Part shown: positions 1-8,818 of the stretch, in pieces | Numbering within the stretch: the stretch's first letter is position 1 | Layout of the letters: each line of letters begins with the position of its first letter | Source of the DNA: Candidatus Aldehydirespiratoraceae bacterium | GTDB lineage: Bacteria; Actinomycetota; Acidimicrobiia; Acidimicrobiales; Aldehydirespiratoraceae | Direction of reading: 5' to 3' | Assembly: GCA_965198315.1 (NCBI GenBank) | Contig: OZ240616.1 | Span: forward strand, 1,159,096 to 1,223,095 | DNA: 64,000 nt | Notes under the pieces: model-generated | Database searches by the model: none | The model's input: only the letters and a program-made list of their open reading frames with translations | Told to the model about the DNA's origin: nothing | Made by a program: the position numbers and the translations under genes

Positions 1-1290
1 AGAGAAGTTGGCCTCGCCGAGGCAATAGAGTCCCGGCACGGTGGTCATCAAGTTGTAGTCCACCCAGAGTCCGCCCATCGTGTAGTGGGTGGCCGGGTAG
101 ATGCGCATGGGCAACGTGTATGGGTCTTCGCCGGTGATGCGTTCATACATGTCGAAGAGGTTGCCGTATCGTTCCCGCACTGCTTCAACCCCGTCACGGG
201 CGATCGGGGCAGCGAAGTCGAGGTAGACCCCGTTCTTGAGGGGGCCGACGCCGCGGCCTCCGTCGACCACAGTCTTGGCGTTGCGGCTTGCCACATCGCG
301 GGGCACCAGGTTGCCGAACGACGGGTACTTCTCTTCCAGGTAGTAGTAGCGCTCCTGTTCAGGGATCTCAGCAGCGGAGCGGGAGTCGTCGATTTGGCGT
401 GGTACCCAGATGCGTCCGTCGTTACGCAACGACTCCGACATCAAGGTGAGCTTTGACTGGAACTCGTCGCTGACCGGGATGCAGGTCGGATGGATCTGCG
501 TGTAGCAGGGGTTGGCGAACAGCGCACCTTTGCGATGGGCCCGCCATGCCGCGGTCACGTTGCAGGCCATGGCGTTGGTCGACAGGTAGTAGACGTTGCC
601 GTAGCCACCTGTGGCCAGCACGACTGCATGGGCACTGTGGGCGTGGACCTCGCCGGTGAGCATGTCGCGGGTGATGATGCCGCATGCCTCTCCGTCTTTG
701 ACCACGACGTCGAGCATGTCGGAACGGTTGTAGAGGGTGACCTTGCCGGCTCTGATTTGAGCAGCCAGGGCTTGGTAGGCGCCGAGCAGCAGTTGCTGAC
801 CGGTTTGGCCTCGGGCATAGAACGTGCGGCTGACTTGAGCACCTCCGAACGAACGGTTGGCGAGCAGGCCGCCGTATTCTCGGGCGAAGGGCACTCCTTG
901 AGCAGCGCACTGGTCGATGATGTTGACCGAGACTTGCGCCAAGCGGTAGACGTTGGCTTCCCGCGATCGGTAGTCGCCGCCTTTGACGGTGTCATAGAAG
1001 AGGCGGTACACCGAGTCGCCGTCGTTGCGGTAGTTCTTGGCTGCGTTGATGCCGCCTTGAGCGGCGATCGAGTGGGCCCGCCGCGGCGAGTCGTGAAACG
1101 TGAATGCCTTGACGTTGTAACCGAGCTCGGCGAGCGAGGCTGCTGCAGACGCGCCGGCTAACCCGGTGCCAACGACGATGATGTCGAACTTGCGTTTGTT
1201 GGCCGGGTTGACCAGCTTCACCGAGAACTTGTGATTGTCCCACTTCTCGGCAATTGGTCCGTCGGGGACTTTGGCATCAAGTACAACCAT
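1..1290 (-). CDS. sdhA: succinate dehydrogenase/fumarate reductase flavoprotein subunit, N-terminal part (gene runs off the left window edge)
   Basis: Minus-strand frame is open from ATG 1290..1288 to position 1, so it is absent from the ORF track. My translation: [50 protein letters not shown] (FAD GxGxxG), then ...[29 protein letters not shown]...[14 protein letters not shown]...[12 protein letters not shown]. Start overlaps the sdhC stop (TGATG). Confidence 0.9.
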   Translation of the reverse strand, partial: MVVLDAKVPDGPIAEKWDNHKFSVKLVNPANKRKFDIIVVGTGLAGASAAASLAELGYNVKAFTFHDSPRRAHSIAAQGGINAAKNYRNDGDSVYRLFYDTVKGGDYRSREANVYRLAQVSVNIIDQCAAQGVPFAREYGGLLANRSFGGAQVSRTFYARGQTGQQLLLGAYQALAAQIRAGKVTLYNRSDMLDVVVKDGEACGIITRDMLTGEVHAHSAHAVVLATGGYGNVYYLSTNAMACNVTAAWRAHRKGALFANPCYTQIHPTCIPVSDEFQSKLTLMSESLRNDGRIWVPRQIDDSRSAAEIPEQERYYYLEEKYPSFGNLVPRDVASRNAKTVVDGGRGVGPLKNGVYLDFAAPIARDGVEAVRERYGNLFDMYERITGEDPYTLPMRIYPATHYTMGGLWVDYNLMTTVPGLYCLGEANFS

Positions 1291-2426
1291 CAGGAGCCTT
1301 CTCTGCTTTCGCCGGGCGTGGCCGGAGCCGCGGTTGTGTCATCCGGTTCGGTGTCGGGCGTGGCCGGAGCCGCGCTCTGCTGGTTGCCGGGCGTGGCCGG
1401 AGCCGCGGTGGCGGTGTTGTCTGGGGTCGGAGCCGGCGCTGCGTTGTTGTTGTTGTCGGGCGTGGCCGGAGCCGCGGAACCGCGTGCTGTGTTGTCGCCG
1501 GGCGTGGCTGGAGCCGCGCTCTGCTGGTTGCCGGGCGTGGCCGGAGCCGCGGTGGCGGTGTTGTCTGGGGTCGGAGCCGGCGCCGCGGTGTTGTCGCCGG
1601 GCGTGGCCGGAGCCGCGGGGTTGTGAGATTCGGTGTTGAACTCTCCGACGGGTACCGAACGGTTGTCTTCGTTGATCAAACCCGCTTGAACGGCAATTGG
1701 GAAACTCAGGTTTCCGATCAGGATCACCGCGGCGAGGCCCCCGGCTATACCACGGCGCAGATCGTTGAACTTCGGGTTGTTGAGTCCCAGGCTCTGAAAC
1801 ATCGACCAGGTGCCGTGGAATATGTGGATCGCCAACGCAATATTGGCCACGATGTAGATGATCGCCACCGGTAGCGAACTCATCGACTCAGTCACGTTGT
1901 GGTAGATGTCGCCGCGCACGTACTCATCGCCGAGCCACCAGCCCCAAGTCAGGTCTGCGAGGTGAAACAGCAGGTAGAGCAGCACGATTGGGCCGGTCCA
2001 ACGCATCGTGCGGCTGGCGAAATCAGCGGCGATGTAGTTGCGTTTGCCAGCGTAGGCGTCATCTGCTTTGAGGCTCATGCGGCTGAGCGAGTAGGCGCTG
2101 TGGATGTGGATGGCGAACATGGCCATGAGTCCGAGGCGCATCAGCCACAACAGGAATGTGCGAGGTGCCAGATGACCGCCGAGATCACGCAGAGCTTCAC
2201 CGTATTCGTGCACCTGTACAGGGCCTTCGTAGAGGTGAAGGTTGCCGATCATGTGGACCACCACGAAACCGAGCAGACCAATGCCCGAGATCGCCATGGC
2301 GTACTTCTTGCCGATCGCAGACTGGTAGAGGCTCAGTGGCCACGGAAGCTGCCTCGGTCGCCGATGGACGGGGAGAACCTCGTGCCGCCGCTCGGAGTCA
2401 TGTTGTGGCGTGGTGGTCTGCGCCAT
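1290..2426 (-). CDS. sdhC: succinate dehydrogenase/fumarate reductase cytochrome b membrane anchor (five-helix type) with ~125-aa Pro/Ala/Thr-rich C-terminal extension
   Basis: ORF 1290..2474; I prefer ATG 2426 ([10 protein letters not shown]). Multi-TM core with His-bearing helices ([43 protein letters not shown]). Directly upstream of and 1-nt overlapping sdhA. Tail is [10 protein letters not shown]... repeats. Confidence 0.85.
   Translation of the reverse strand: MAQTTTPQHDSERRHEVLPVHRRPRQLPWPLSLYQSAIGKKYAMAISGIGLLGFVVVHMIGNLHLYEGPVQVHEYGEALRDLGGHLAPRTFLLWLMRLGLMAMFAIHIHSAYSLSRMSLKADDAYAGKRNYIAADFASRTMRWTGPIVLLYLLFHLADLTWGWWLGDEYVRGDIYHNVTESMSSLPVAIIYIVANIALAIHIFHGTWSMFQSLGLNNPKFNDLRRGIAGGLAAVILIGNLSFPIAVQAGLINEDNRSVPVGEFNTESHNPAAPATPGDNTAAPAPTPDNTATAAPATPGNQQSAAPATPGDNTARGSAAPATPDNNNNAAPAPTPDNTATAAPATPGNQQSAAPATPDTEPDDTTAAPATPGESREGS
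1314..1617. repeat. coding tandem repeat: 19-nt core GGGCGTGGCCGGAGCCGCG x7, including a 144-bp duplication
   Basis: Core found at 1314, 1356, 1389, 1458, 1500 (1 mismatch), 1533 and 1599. The ~85-nt block starting at 1356 recurs at 1500 (offset 144 = 48 codons). On the minus strand it encodes the AAPATP repeats of the SdhC tail. Confidence 0.85.
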
Positions 2427-2593
2427 GAATGTTGCTTTCTGGTCGCTTAGCTTGCGAGAACGGTACCTCTCCAACCGCCCCCTGGCTACGGAGAATCCCC
2501 TGGCTTCGGAGAGCCCTTACTCCTGAGAGCCCTTACATCAGAGAGTCTGCCGACAGCTAGCGGGATACGCCAAGTGCGGGAATCTGAGCAGGT

Positions 2594-3355
2594 TCAGCTT
2601 GAGAGCACCGCGGTGACGGGCCAGTGGTCAGACCCATGACCTGCTTGGCGCACTATCTCGACCGAGTGGACCCGCCAGTGCTCCGATACGAAGATGTGGT
2701 CGATCTGGGAAGTGTGCGAGTTTCGTCCAAACCCGTGCGAGGTGGGTCCGGTCTCGGGGTTGAGCACCGGTCGCAGACCCAGCGCCAGCAGCGGCTCGAC
2801 CGGAGACTCGTCGAGGGTGCAATTGAGATCGCCCATCACGATCGCCGGCTGCCCGCGGTAGTCGGTTTGGAGCCAGCGGGCCAACTGCTCTGAGGCTTCG
2901 AGTTGTCGTTTCTCAGACCGTTCGTCGAGGTGGGTGTTGGCGAATACGAAGGGGTCACCGCCTGCGCCCAGCCGGATCTGGACCAGAGTGGCCAAGCGGG
3001 GAAACCGGGCACCGGGGAGTCGGGTGCCCGGTTGAGTAGGGGTGCCGCCGTACCAACGGGTGGTTGCGGCGGTGATCTCCAGGGCGTTGTGTCGAACCCA
3101 GACAGGGCAACTCTCGCCGCCACCCCGGCGGTTCCGACCCTGGCCCCGGTAATCCCAATCGTCTTTGAAAATGTTGGCGCTCAGCCATTGGTTCTGAGCG
3201 CGGTACACCTCCTGCAACCCCCAGATGTCGGCGTCGACTCCCTTCACCGCCTCCCCGAGTCGGTTGCGGCGCCGCCACCACCACGAACTCCGGTCCAGCG
3301 CTCGGATATTGCGGATGTTGTAGGTGGCTACCCGGATCTTGGCTGCGTCAGACAT
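2594..3355 (-). CDS. endonuclease/exonuclease/phosphatase (EEP) family protein
   Basis: ORF track 253 aa. Motifs VATYNIRN, IWGLQEV, NTHLD and C-terminal GSDHWPV are typical of the EEP fold. 8-nt overlap with the upstream gene. Confidence 0.8.
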   Translation of the reverse strand: MSDAAKIRVATYNIRNIRALDRSSWWWRRRNRLGEAVKGVDADIWGLQEVYRAQNQWLSANIFKDDWDYRGQGRNRRGGGESCPVWVRHNALEITAATTRWYGGTPTQPGTRLPGARFPRLATLVQIRLGAGGDPFVFANTHLDERSEKRQLEASEQLARWLQTDYRGQPAIVMGDLNCTLDESPVEPLLALGLRPVLNPETGPTSHGFGRNSHTSQIDHIFVSEHWRVHSVEIVRQAGHGSDHWPVTAVLSS

Positions 3356-4235
3356 GGTCGCGGCCGAAGACGGCGCTCAGGCCGCGACCTCGCTCGACGT
3401 GGGGCGGGTCCTCTCCTCGCAGCCACAACCGGCGAATGAACAGCTTCCAGCACACGATCACGAACAAGGTGAACAGCACACCGCCGATCCCGGTACGCAG
3501 CAGCACTTCGCCGACTCCGGCATCGGACAGGTCATTGCCCACCACCCACGAGGGACCACCCCAGGAGAGATCGAGCGGAGCATCGGCTTGCGAGCTGCGA
3601 GCGTGGATGAACCAGGCAACCAACCGGCCGAGACCGTAGAACATGAAGCCCCAGTACAGCAATAAGAGTCCCCCTTCGTTGATCCGCAGACGCCTGTGCA
3701 GCCAACCCCAGACTTTCGGATCGGCGGGGATCACGACGTCGCGGAAGTAGGAAGGTGCCAGGGCGCGGCGGGCGAAGAGCAGCACCATCAGCAGCCAGAA
3801 CAAGTCCCACACGCCGCCGAGGCTGGAGTAGTAGGCGGCGGCGTCTCCGTGCGCCCCTTCGACGGCAGCATGCTTCCACATGTTGATGGAGACTGGTTCG
3901 AGGGAGAACGGGAAGAACACCATGGTTCCCGCAGAGTCGCCGAAGTCGGTCACCACATGAGCCCAGTCGCCGATCAGCACACCGACCGCCCAACTGCGAC
4001 TACGGGTGACGGCGAGGATCAGAACCGCAAAAAACAGACCGAAGATGAGCGAGTGAGTGAATCCCACGCCGGGCCAACCCCGATGGAACTGAGCCGGATC
4101 GTCGGCAGAATAAACGAAGCCCTTGGTGAACAGGTCCGAGAGCTGTGTGCCGAGAACCACGCCGAGGAAAGAGGCCTTGACTCCAACGTGGCGCTGGATG
4201 AAGTAGTTCTCGAACTCATGCGCGGCCCAGCTCAC
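3348..4235 (-). CDS. membrane-bound metal-dependent hydrolase-like protein (YdjM/DUF457-like, family call tentative)
   Basis: ORF 3348..4388. GTG 4235 overlaps the stop of the upstream small ORF (GTGA), which suggests the real start. Several TM helices. GFTHSLIFG and DWAHVVTDFGD resemble DUF457 His/Asp motifs. Confidence 0.5.
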   Translation of the reverse strand: MSWAAHEFENYFIQRHVGVKASFLGVVLGTQLSDLFTKGFVYSADDPAQFHRGWPGVGFTHSLIFGLFFAVLILAVTRSRSWAVGVLIGDWAHVVTDFGDSAGTMVFFPFSLEPVSINMWKHAAVEGAHGDAAAYYSSLGGVWDLFWLLMVLLFARRALAPSYFRDVVIPADPKVWGWLHRRLRINEGGLLLLYWGFMFYGLGRLVAWFIHARSSQADAPLDLSWGGPSWVVGNDLSDAGVGEVLLRTGIGGVLFTLFVIVCWKLFIRRLWLRGEDPPHVERGRGLSAVFGRDHV

Positions 4236-4498
4236 CGATCGACCACCCGGCGGCGCAGGACACGAATCGCAGTCGGCACCAAATACAGTGTCCCGAACAA
4301 CCAGAGCGGACCGACTATCCAGTTCAGCACCGGGCTTTTGAAGATCACTCCTGCCACGATGTACAACACCAGAGAGGCAGCTACCCATCCATATGCAGGC
4401 GCATGCTCGGCAGACCGAATCTCGTCCACCGGCTCACGGTAACACCTGAGGGAGACCCTGGGCTTTCGATCCCGTGCAGTAGGAGATTCATGGCACAT
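4232..4498 (-). CDS. small two-TM membrane protein (hypothetical)
   Basis: ORF track 88 aa. Two hydrophobic helices (WVAASLVLYIVAGVIF, IVGPLWLFGTLYLVP). Stop is coupled to the next gene. Start uncertain. Confidence 0.45.
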   Translation of the reverse strand: MCHESPTARDRKPRVSLRCYREPVDEIRSAEHAPAYGWVAASLVLYIVAGVIFKSPVLNWIVGPLWLFGTLYLVPTAIRVLRRRVVDR

Positions 4499-4685
4499 AG
4501 CAGGGCTGGTAGATCGGCGATTGCCTAGCCAGTGAATGCTCAGGAGCGCAGATGCGCCGTAGGCTGGGTCACAATCCGCTCGTTCGATTCGGGGAGCATG
4601 ACATCGATGATCGCCGGTCTTGATGGATTGTCTCGGGTTTGAGATAGTGTGACGGTATATCCCCCCAGTCGCTTCGGTGGCTGGG

Positions 4686-4711
4686 CGAAGGCCCGCCTCG
4701 GCGGGCCTTCG
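4686..4711. terminator. GC-rich hairpin (11-bp stem, 4-nt loop) immediately downstream of the NYN gene; T-run follows on the plus strand
   Basis: CGAAGGCCCGC-CTCG-GCGGGCCTTCG followed by AGGTTTT on the plus strand. Lies 6 nt past the stop of the minus-strand gene 4717..5385. Confidence 0.55.
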
Positions 4712-4716
4712 AGGTT

Positions 4717-5385
4717 TTACCAGTCCTTAGGCTTGTGAATCGGTCCGTTGGGACCATCCACGACGACCGGCAACAGCGTCTCTTGGAGCAACTGGCGTGG
4801 GACCTGCTTATAGAAGGAGCAGTTGAGGCTCAGGAGCTTGCGCGATCGCGTCTTGCGCGCCTGAGGGTTGATGATCCCCACCTTGACTCCGAGTTCTGAT
4901 TGCGTGATCTGGATGGCTTGGGCCAGATCTGAGTCGTTGCTGATCACGATGGCTGTGTCGCAATGGCGTTTGAACGCGTCGAACAGCAGGTACGTGGCTA
5001 GGTTGACATCCGAACCTTTTTCCTCGGTCCTGAGCACCTCGACTGTCCGCGACTCTCCGGGTCGCCGGTTTGCACGCTGCATTCGAACAGGTTTGGTTAG
5101 GAAGTGCCCGTAGTGGATCTCTACGAGGGGCAATGTGGCGAGAGCCTGCAGGTATGCGTCTTGGCGGTTGGCTTGTTGAGGATCATCTGGGCGGGCGCTG
5201 ATCCGTGCCGTGAAGTACCGAATCTTCAAGATCTGATCGCGTGGGAACAAACGTTGGCATAGAGCTTCGAGATTGAGCCATTTGTTGCGCGTTCCCTTGA
5301 CGACACCGTAGTAGAAGTTGAACCCATCGATGTAGACGATCGTCTGCGGTCGATTCGTGCTCGTGTCCAAGGAATGAACCGTCAT
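4717..5385 (-). CDS. NYN (LabA-like, PIN-fold) domain protein, putative RNase
   Basis: ORF track 222 aa. IVYIDGFNFYYG, EEKGSDVNLA and AIVISNDSDLAQAI match the NYN acidic-residue motifs. Composition is visibly less GC-rich than the flanks. Confidence 0.75.
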   Translation of the reverse strand: MTVHSLDTSTNRPQTIVYIDGFNFYYGVVKGTRNKWLNLEALCQRLFPRDQILKIRYFTARISARPDDPQQANRQDAYLQALATLPLVEIHYGHFLTKPVRMQRANRRPGESRTVEVLRTEEKGSDVNLATYLLFDAFKRHCDTAIVISNDSDLAQAIQITQSELGVKVGIINPQARKTRSRKLLSLNCSFYKQVPRQLLQETLLPVVVDGPNGPIHKPKDW

Positions 5386-5549
5386 CGTCTGAGGCTAACG
5401 TTCTCATGGCCCACCGGTGGAAACCGCTTGAGGGGGACCGGGTTGGCCCTCATAGGTGGTCGTTCACTACGGTCGCGAGAACGCGCATCATCCAGAACAG
5501 GTGGCCTAGCGCGGCTGCTCTCTAGCGGAGAACGTTCCGTTCGACTGGC

Positions 5550-6563
5550 TTATGACCGAGAGGCCAGACTGGCGACAACGGGGGAGAACGAGGTGATGGT
5601 TTCGGCTAGGCCCTCCGCGGCGGTGCGGCGGGCAGTGGCCGCAAGGTTGAGGCTGACGCTGGTGAAACCCATGTCGAGCACAGCTTCAAGCTGCTGCGCG
5701 CACTCGTCGGGAGTGCCGACGATGGTGAAAGCCTCCACCAGACGGTTGTCGATGAGCTCGTCGAGGGCAGCGTCGTCGGTTCGGTTGTGGTCGAAGTACC
5801 AACCCTGGCTGCGCTCCAGAGCAGCCTCGACAGCGGTCATGCGATCGGGGTCCACGTCCAGTTCAGCGGGGCGAATCAGGGTGAGGTAGTGAGCGACATA
5901 GCGTTTGACGCTGCGTCTGGCCAGATCGCCGTCAACAGAGCAGCACAGGGTCAGGCGGGGGGCCACCTCCAAGTCCTCGAGCGTGCGCCCCACACGTCCA
6001 GCCCCCTCGGCCAGCCAAGATCGGTATTGCGTGGCCAGACCCGCGGAGAGATAACGCCCCCCGACCAAGGCGATGTCGGCCACTTCTCCGGCCAAGCGCA
6101 TCACTTGAGGGCTGCGCGTGCCGATGGAGATCGGTATCGGATGCGTTGGCGGACGGATCAGGCGCTCACCGCCCACTTCCCCGCCGTCCAACAACGTGCG
6201 GATCTCGGTCACGGCTCGGCGTAGCGCGGCAACCGGCTTCGGGTAGTCGATCCCCAATGGCTCCAAACCGGCCCCCACACCCAGCCCGCAGAACGCCCGA
6301 CCGCCAGCAAGGTCGTCGAGCGTTGCGAGCGCTCCGGCCAACACGACTGGGTGACGTGTGTAGGGGTTGGTGACCATGGCCCCCACCGCGATGCGGCGGG
6401 TGGCCTGAGCGCAGAGCGCTTGGACCATGAACGAGTCGGGCCAGAACACCACATCGGAGATACCCAGCCTGGCGAAACCGGCTTCTTCGGCGAGTTGAGC
6501 CAACCGCACCGCAGCCGCGGTGTCCATCCCTGGGCTGATCTCTGCTTCGAGGACGACGCTCAT
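5550..6563 (-). CDS. LLM-class (luciferase-like) flavin/F420-dependent oxidoreductase
   Basis: ORF track 337 aa. GFARLGISDVV, NPYTRHPVVLA, GRAFCGLGVGAG and VGTPDECAQQL are typical of luciferase-like monooxygenase family proteins. Confidence 0.75.
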   Translation of the reverse strand: MSVVLEAEISPGMDTAAAVRLAQLAEEAGFARLGISDVVFWPDSFMVQALCAQATRRIAVGAMVTNPYTRHPVVLAGALATLDDLAGGRAFCGLGVGAGLEPLGIDYPKPVAALRRAVTEIRTLLDGGEVGGERLIRPPTHPIPISIGTRSPQVMRLAGEVADIALVGGRYLSAGLATQYRSWLAEGAGRVGRTLEDLEVAPRLTLCCSVDGDLARRSVKRYVAHYLTLIRPAELDVDPDRMTAVEAALERSQGWYFDHNRTDDAALDELIDNRLVEAFTIVGTPDECAQQLEAVLDMGFTSVSLNLAATARRTAAEGLAETITSFSPVVASLASRS

Positions 6564-6602
6564 GATCGCTTGCCTAACCGATTTGATTACCGAACCGGAA
6601 AT

Positions 6603-8735
6603 TCAAACAGCCAGGTTGTGAACCGGGCTTCGGTAGTCGTTGGTGACACTCAACTGATCTGCAGTCAACTTGAGACTGACAACGAGTTCGTTCGCGACCC
6701 CTGGCACGATGGCCTTGACCCTGCCGATAAGCGAACAGTCGTCAGCAGGGATCGTCCCTCCCCAACTCTGCTCAGAAACGATCGCCGAGCCGCCACCAGT
6801 GATATTGGCCCGCACCGTCGCCCGCACCTGCGCCTCGGCGATAGGAGCGCGCTCGTCAGACACAACATGCACAGCCAAGTTGACCTCCTCCCCCGGCGAC
6901 AGCAGAGCGGGCAGAGGGTCTGCCACGACGATGACTGGGCGACAGGCATCGACAAGGGCCTGCCAGCCTGGCTTGGCCCGCCGCCGGCGGTCGAGAACAC
7001 CGAAACCCCCCGCGCTGGTGGCATCAGCCAAGTAGAACAGTGAGAACCCACCGGTCGGGTGGTATTTCAACCGGCGCAACAATTCGATTGAGGTCTTGAC
7101 GACTTCGGCTTGAGCGAGACCGGTGCGCGCAGCCCAGTCCGCGCCGTCACGTCCACGTTCAGGCGCTACCAGGTGCAACAGCGACTCGCTGCGGGCACCG
7201 ATCGACGCCGCGATCTGCTCCCAGTCAAGCGAAGGCCACTTAGAGTCATGGGGATCGGAATCTTGGAGATGCGGGTTTTGGGGTTCAACAGTGGCGGCTC
7301 CAAATGCGGTTACGAACCTGGCCATCCGTGGGATCCGGGCCGCGGCGGCGGCGAGATCAGATGCTCTGCCGTGGTGCCAGCCGAACCAGAGATTGCTGGT
7401 AGTGCCGTCGAAGTCGGGAAAGGTCGGCGGCACCGCGGTGTGCGCCACCACCGGACGGGAACCATCGGTGCGAGTGAGCACTCGGCGCACCGAACGGTCC
7501 AGCACGGTGCGGTTCCATGAGGGCGTCTGCTGGCCCAACAAAGGAGGTGTCGGCGCAGGTGTGTCCGGCTTCTTGAACGGTTCGTCATGGGCGCACCAAA
7601 CGGCCACCGATGGGTGGTGACCCAATAGATCAACCGCCTCTCGGGCCTGACGTGTTGCCTGGCCGCGAACGCCACGCGCCATCTGGCCTCTGAGAGGCAA
7701 GTCCTGCCACAGCAGCATGCCAATCTCGTCGGCGGTCTCGTATACCTCAGGACGGGCGATGTGGGTGATCACACGAATCATGTCGAGACCAGCACGTTTG
7801 GCTGCAAGCACGTCGTCGGCCACTTCCACGGCGCTGGCGTCGCCGGGACGAGCTGACGTCGGAAGCATGCCGATGCCCTTGACGAAGAGTCGTTCGCCAT
7901 TGACACGCAGAACCCAGTTGCGCATACGCACCGAACGAAAACCGACACGGGTCTCATGTGAATCGGAGACCTCACCGTCGACGACCACCTCGCAGCGCAG
8001 GTCATGCAGAGGCTGGTTGCCCAGCGAGTGCGGCCACCACAAGTCCGGTTCGGGCACATCGACTCTCCACTCGACCCGATTCTCACCGGCTGCGGCGGGA
8101 TGCTCCAGTTCGTGCTCTTGGCCGCAGACTGTGGTTCGCAACACGACCGGTCCAGCGACGGGGGAATCAAACACGCAGCGCATGGCGAGGGTTGCGCTGG
8201 TTTTGTCGGCGTCCAGGCATACCGTGCGGGAGAAGAGGATCGCCGTGGGGCCGGTTTCACGAATACGGACGGGCCGCCAGATGCCACCGGGGTTCTCTCC
8301 CGCGGTCCCCGAGAGTTCTGGGTCGGTGAGGGCGCCCATCAGGGATGTACGTGCAGCCGTGCCCTTGTGGGGAGCACATGTCACATCGACAGCCAGCAGG
8401 TGATCGGTGCGGTCCTCGAGGTGTCGGGTGATGTCGAAACCGTGTGAGATGAAGTAACCGTCGGTGGTGCCCACGTAGCGACCGTTGAGCCACACATCGC
8501 CTTGCTGACAGACACCGTCGAGCCACAGCCAACAGCGACGTTCAACCTCTGGTGCGTCAAGGCTGAAGCGGGTTCGATGCAGCACCGAGTGGGCCTCAGC
8601 AAACTCTGGACGGCTCGACCAATGGCCTGGAACTGTTATCTCTGACCAGGCACGATCATCGAGCTCTGGTTGATGAAACGTCCGACGCATCTCGTCGTTG
8701 GCGGTGGTGGCACGCCACAGGCCGGTCAGTTCCAT
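6603..8735 (-). CDS. glycoside hydrolase family 2 protein (beta-mannosidase/galactosidase-like)
   Basis: ORF 6603..8870. ATG 8735 (MELTGLWRA) avoids overlap with the divergent gene at 8819. GDVWLNGRYVG sugar-binding region; HHPSVAVWCAHDEP resembles the GH2 NHPS..W..NE acid/base region. Confidence 0.75.
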   Translation of the reverse strand: MELTGLWRATTANDEMRRTFHQPELDDRAWSEITVPGHWSSRPEFAEAHSVLHRTRFSLDAPEVERRCWLWLDGVCQQGDVWLNGRYVGTTDGYFISHGFDITRHLEDRTDHLLAVDVTCAPHKGTAARTSLMGALTDPELSGTAGENPGGIWRPVRIRETGPTAILFSRTVCLDADKTSATLAMRCVFDSPVAGPVVLRTTVCGQEHELEHPAAAGENRVEWRVDVPEPDLWWPHSLGNQPLHDLRCEVVVDGEVSDSHETRVGFRSVRMRNWVLRVNGERLFVKGIGMLPTSARPGDASAVEVADDVLAAKRAGLDMIRVITHIARPEVYETADEIGMLLWQDLPLRGQMARGVRGQATRQAREAVDLLGHHPSVAVWCAHDEPFKKPDTPAPTPPLLGQQTPSWNRTVLDRSVRRVLTRTDGSRPVVAHTAVPPTFPDFDGTTSNLWFGWHHGRASDLAAAAARIPRMARFVTAFGAATVEPQNPHLQDSDPHDSKWPSLDWEQIAASIGARSESLLHLVAPERGRDGADWAARTGLAQAEVVKTSIELLRRLKYHPTGGFSLFYLADATSAGGFGVLDRRRRAKPGWQALVDACRPVIVVADPLPALLSPGEEVNLAVHVVSDERAPIAEAQVRATVRANITGGGSAIVSEQSWGGTIPADDCSLIGRVKAIVPGVANELVVSLKLTADQLSVTNDYRSPVHNLAV

Positions 8736-8818
8736 CTTGTCGAGCGTACCGTTGCGCCTTCCGAGGGTCTGCTTGCGCGACTGTTTGTCTGGCTCACCGC
8801 CCGTGTATTGTCCCCGGC

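Noticed and set aside
1314-1617. Regularly recurring 19-nt GC-rich repeat, briefly considered as a CRISPR-like array
   Set aside because: The repeats are irregularly spaced (33-69 nt) and lie inside a continuous ORF. They translate to a coherent AAPATP peptide repeat. No cas genes or unique spacers are present.
1290-1640. Diversity-generating-retroelement-like template/variable repeat pair in the sdhC tail duplication
   Set aside because: Differences between the two 144-bp copies are not adenine-specific. No reverse transcriptase gene is present in the window.
4544-4612. tRNA-like T-arm sequence (CGCTCGTTCGATTCGGGG) next to the NYN islet; possible tRNA gene or att remnant. A weak echo (CCGTTCGACTGG) lies at about 5533.
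   Set aside because: I could not build a cloverleaf. Only 5 of 7 acceptor pairs form. There is no credible D-arm, and the candidate anticodon stem has a 4-nt loop. The match to the second site is only about 8 nt, so there is no support for a tRNA or att repeat.
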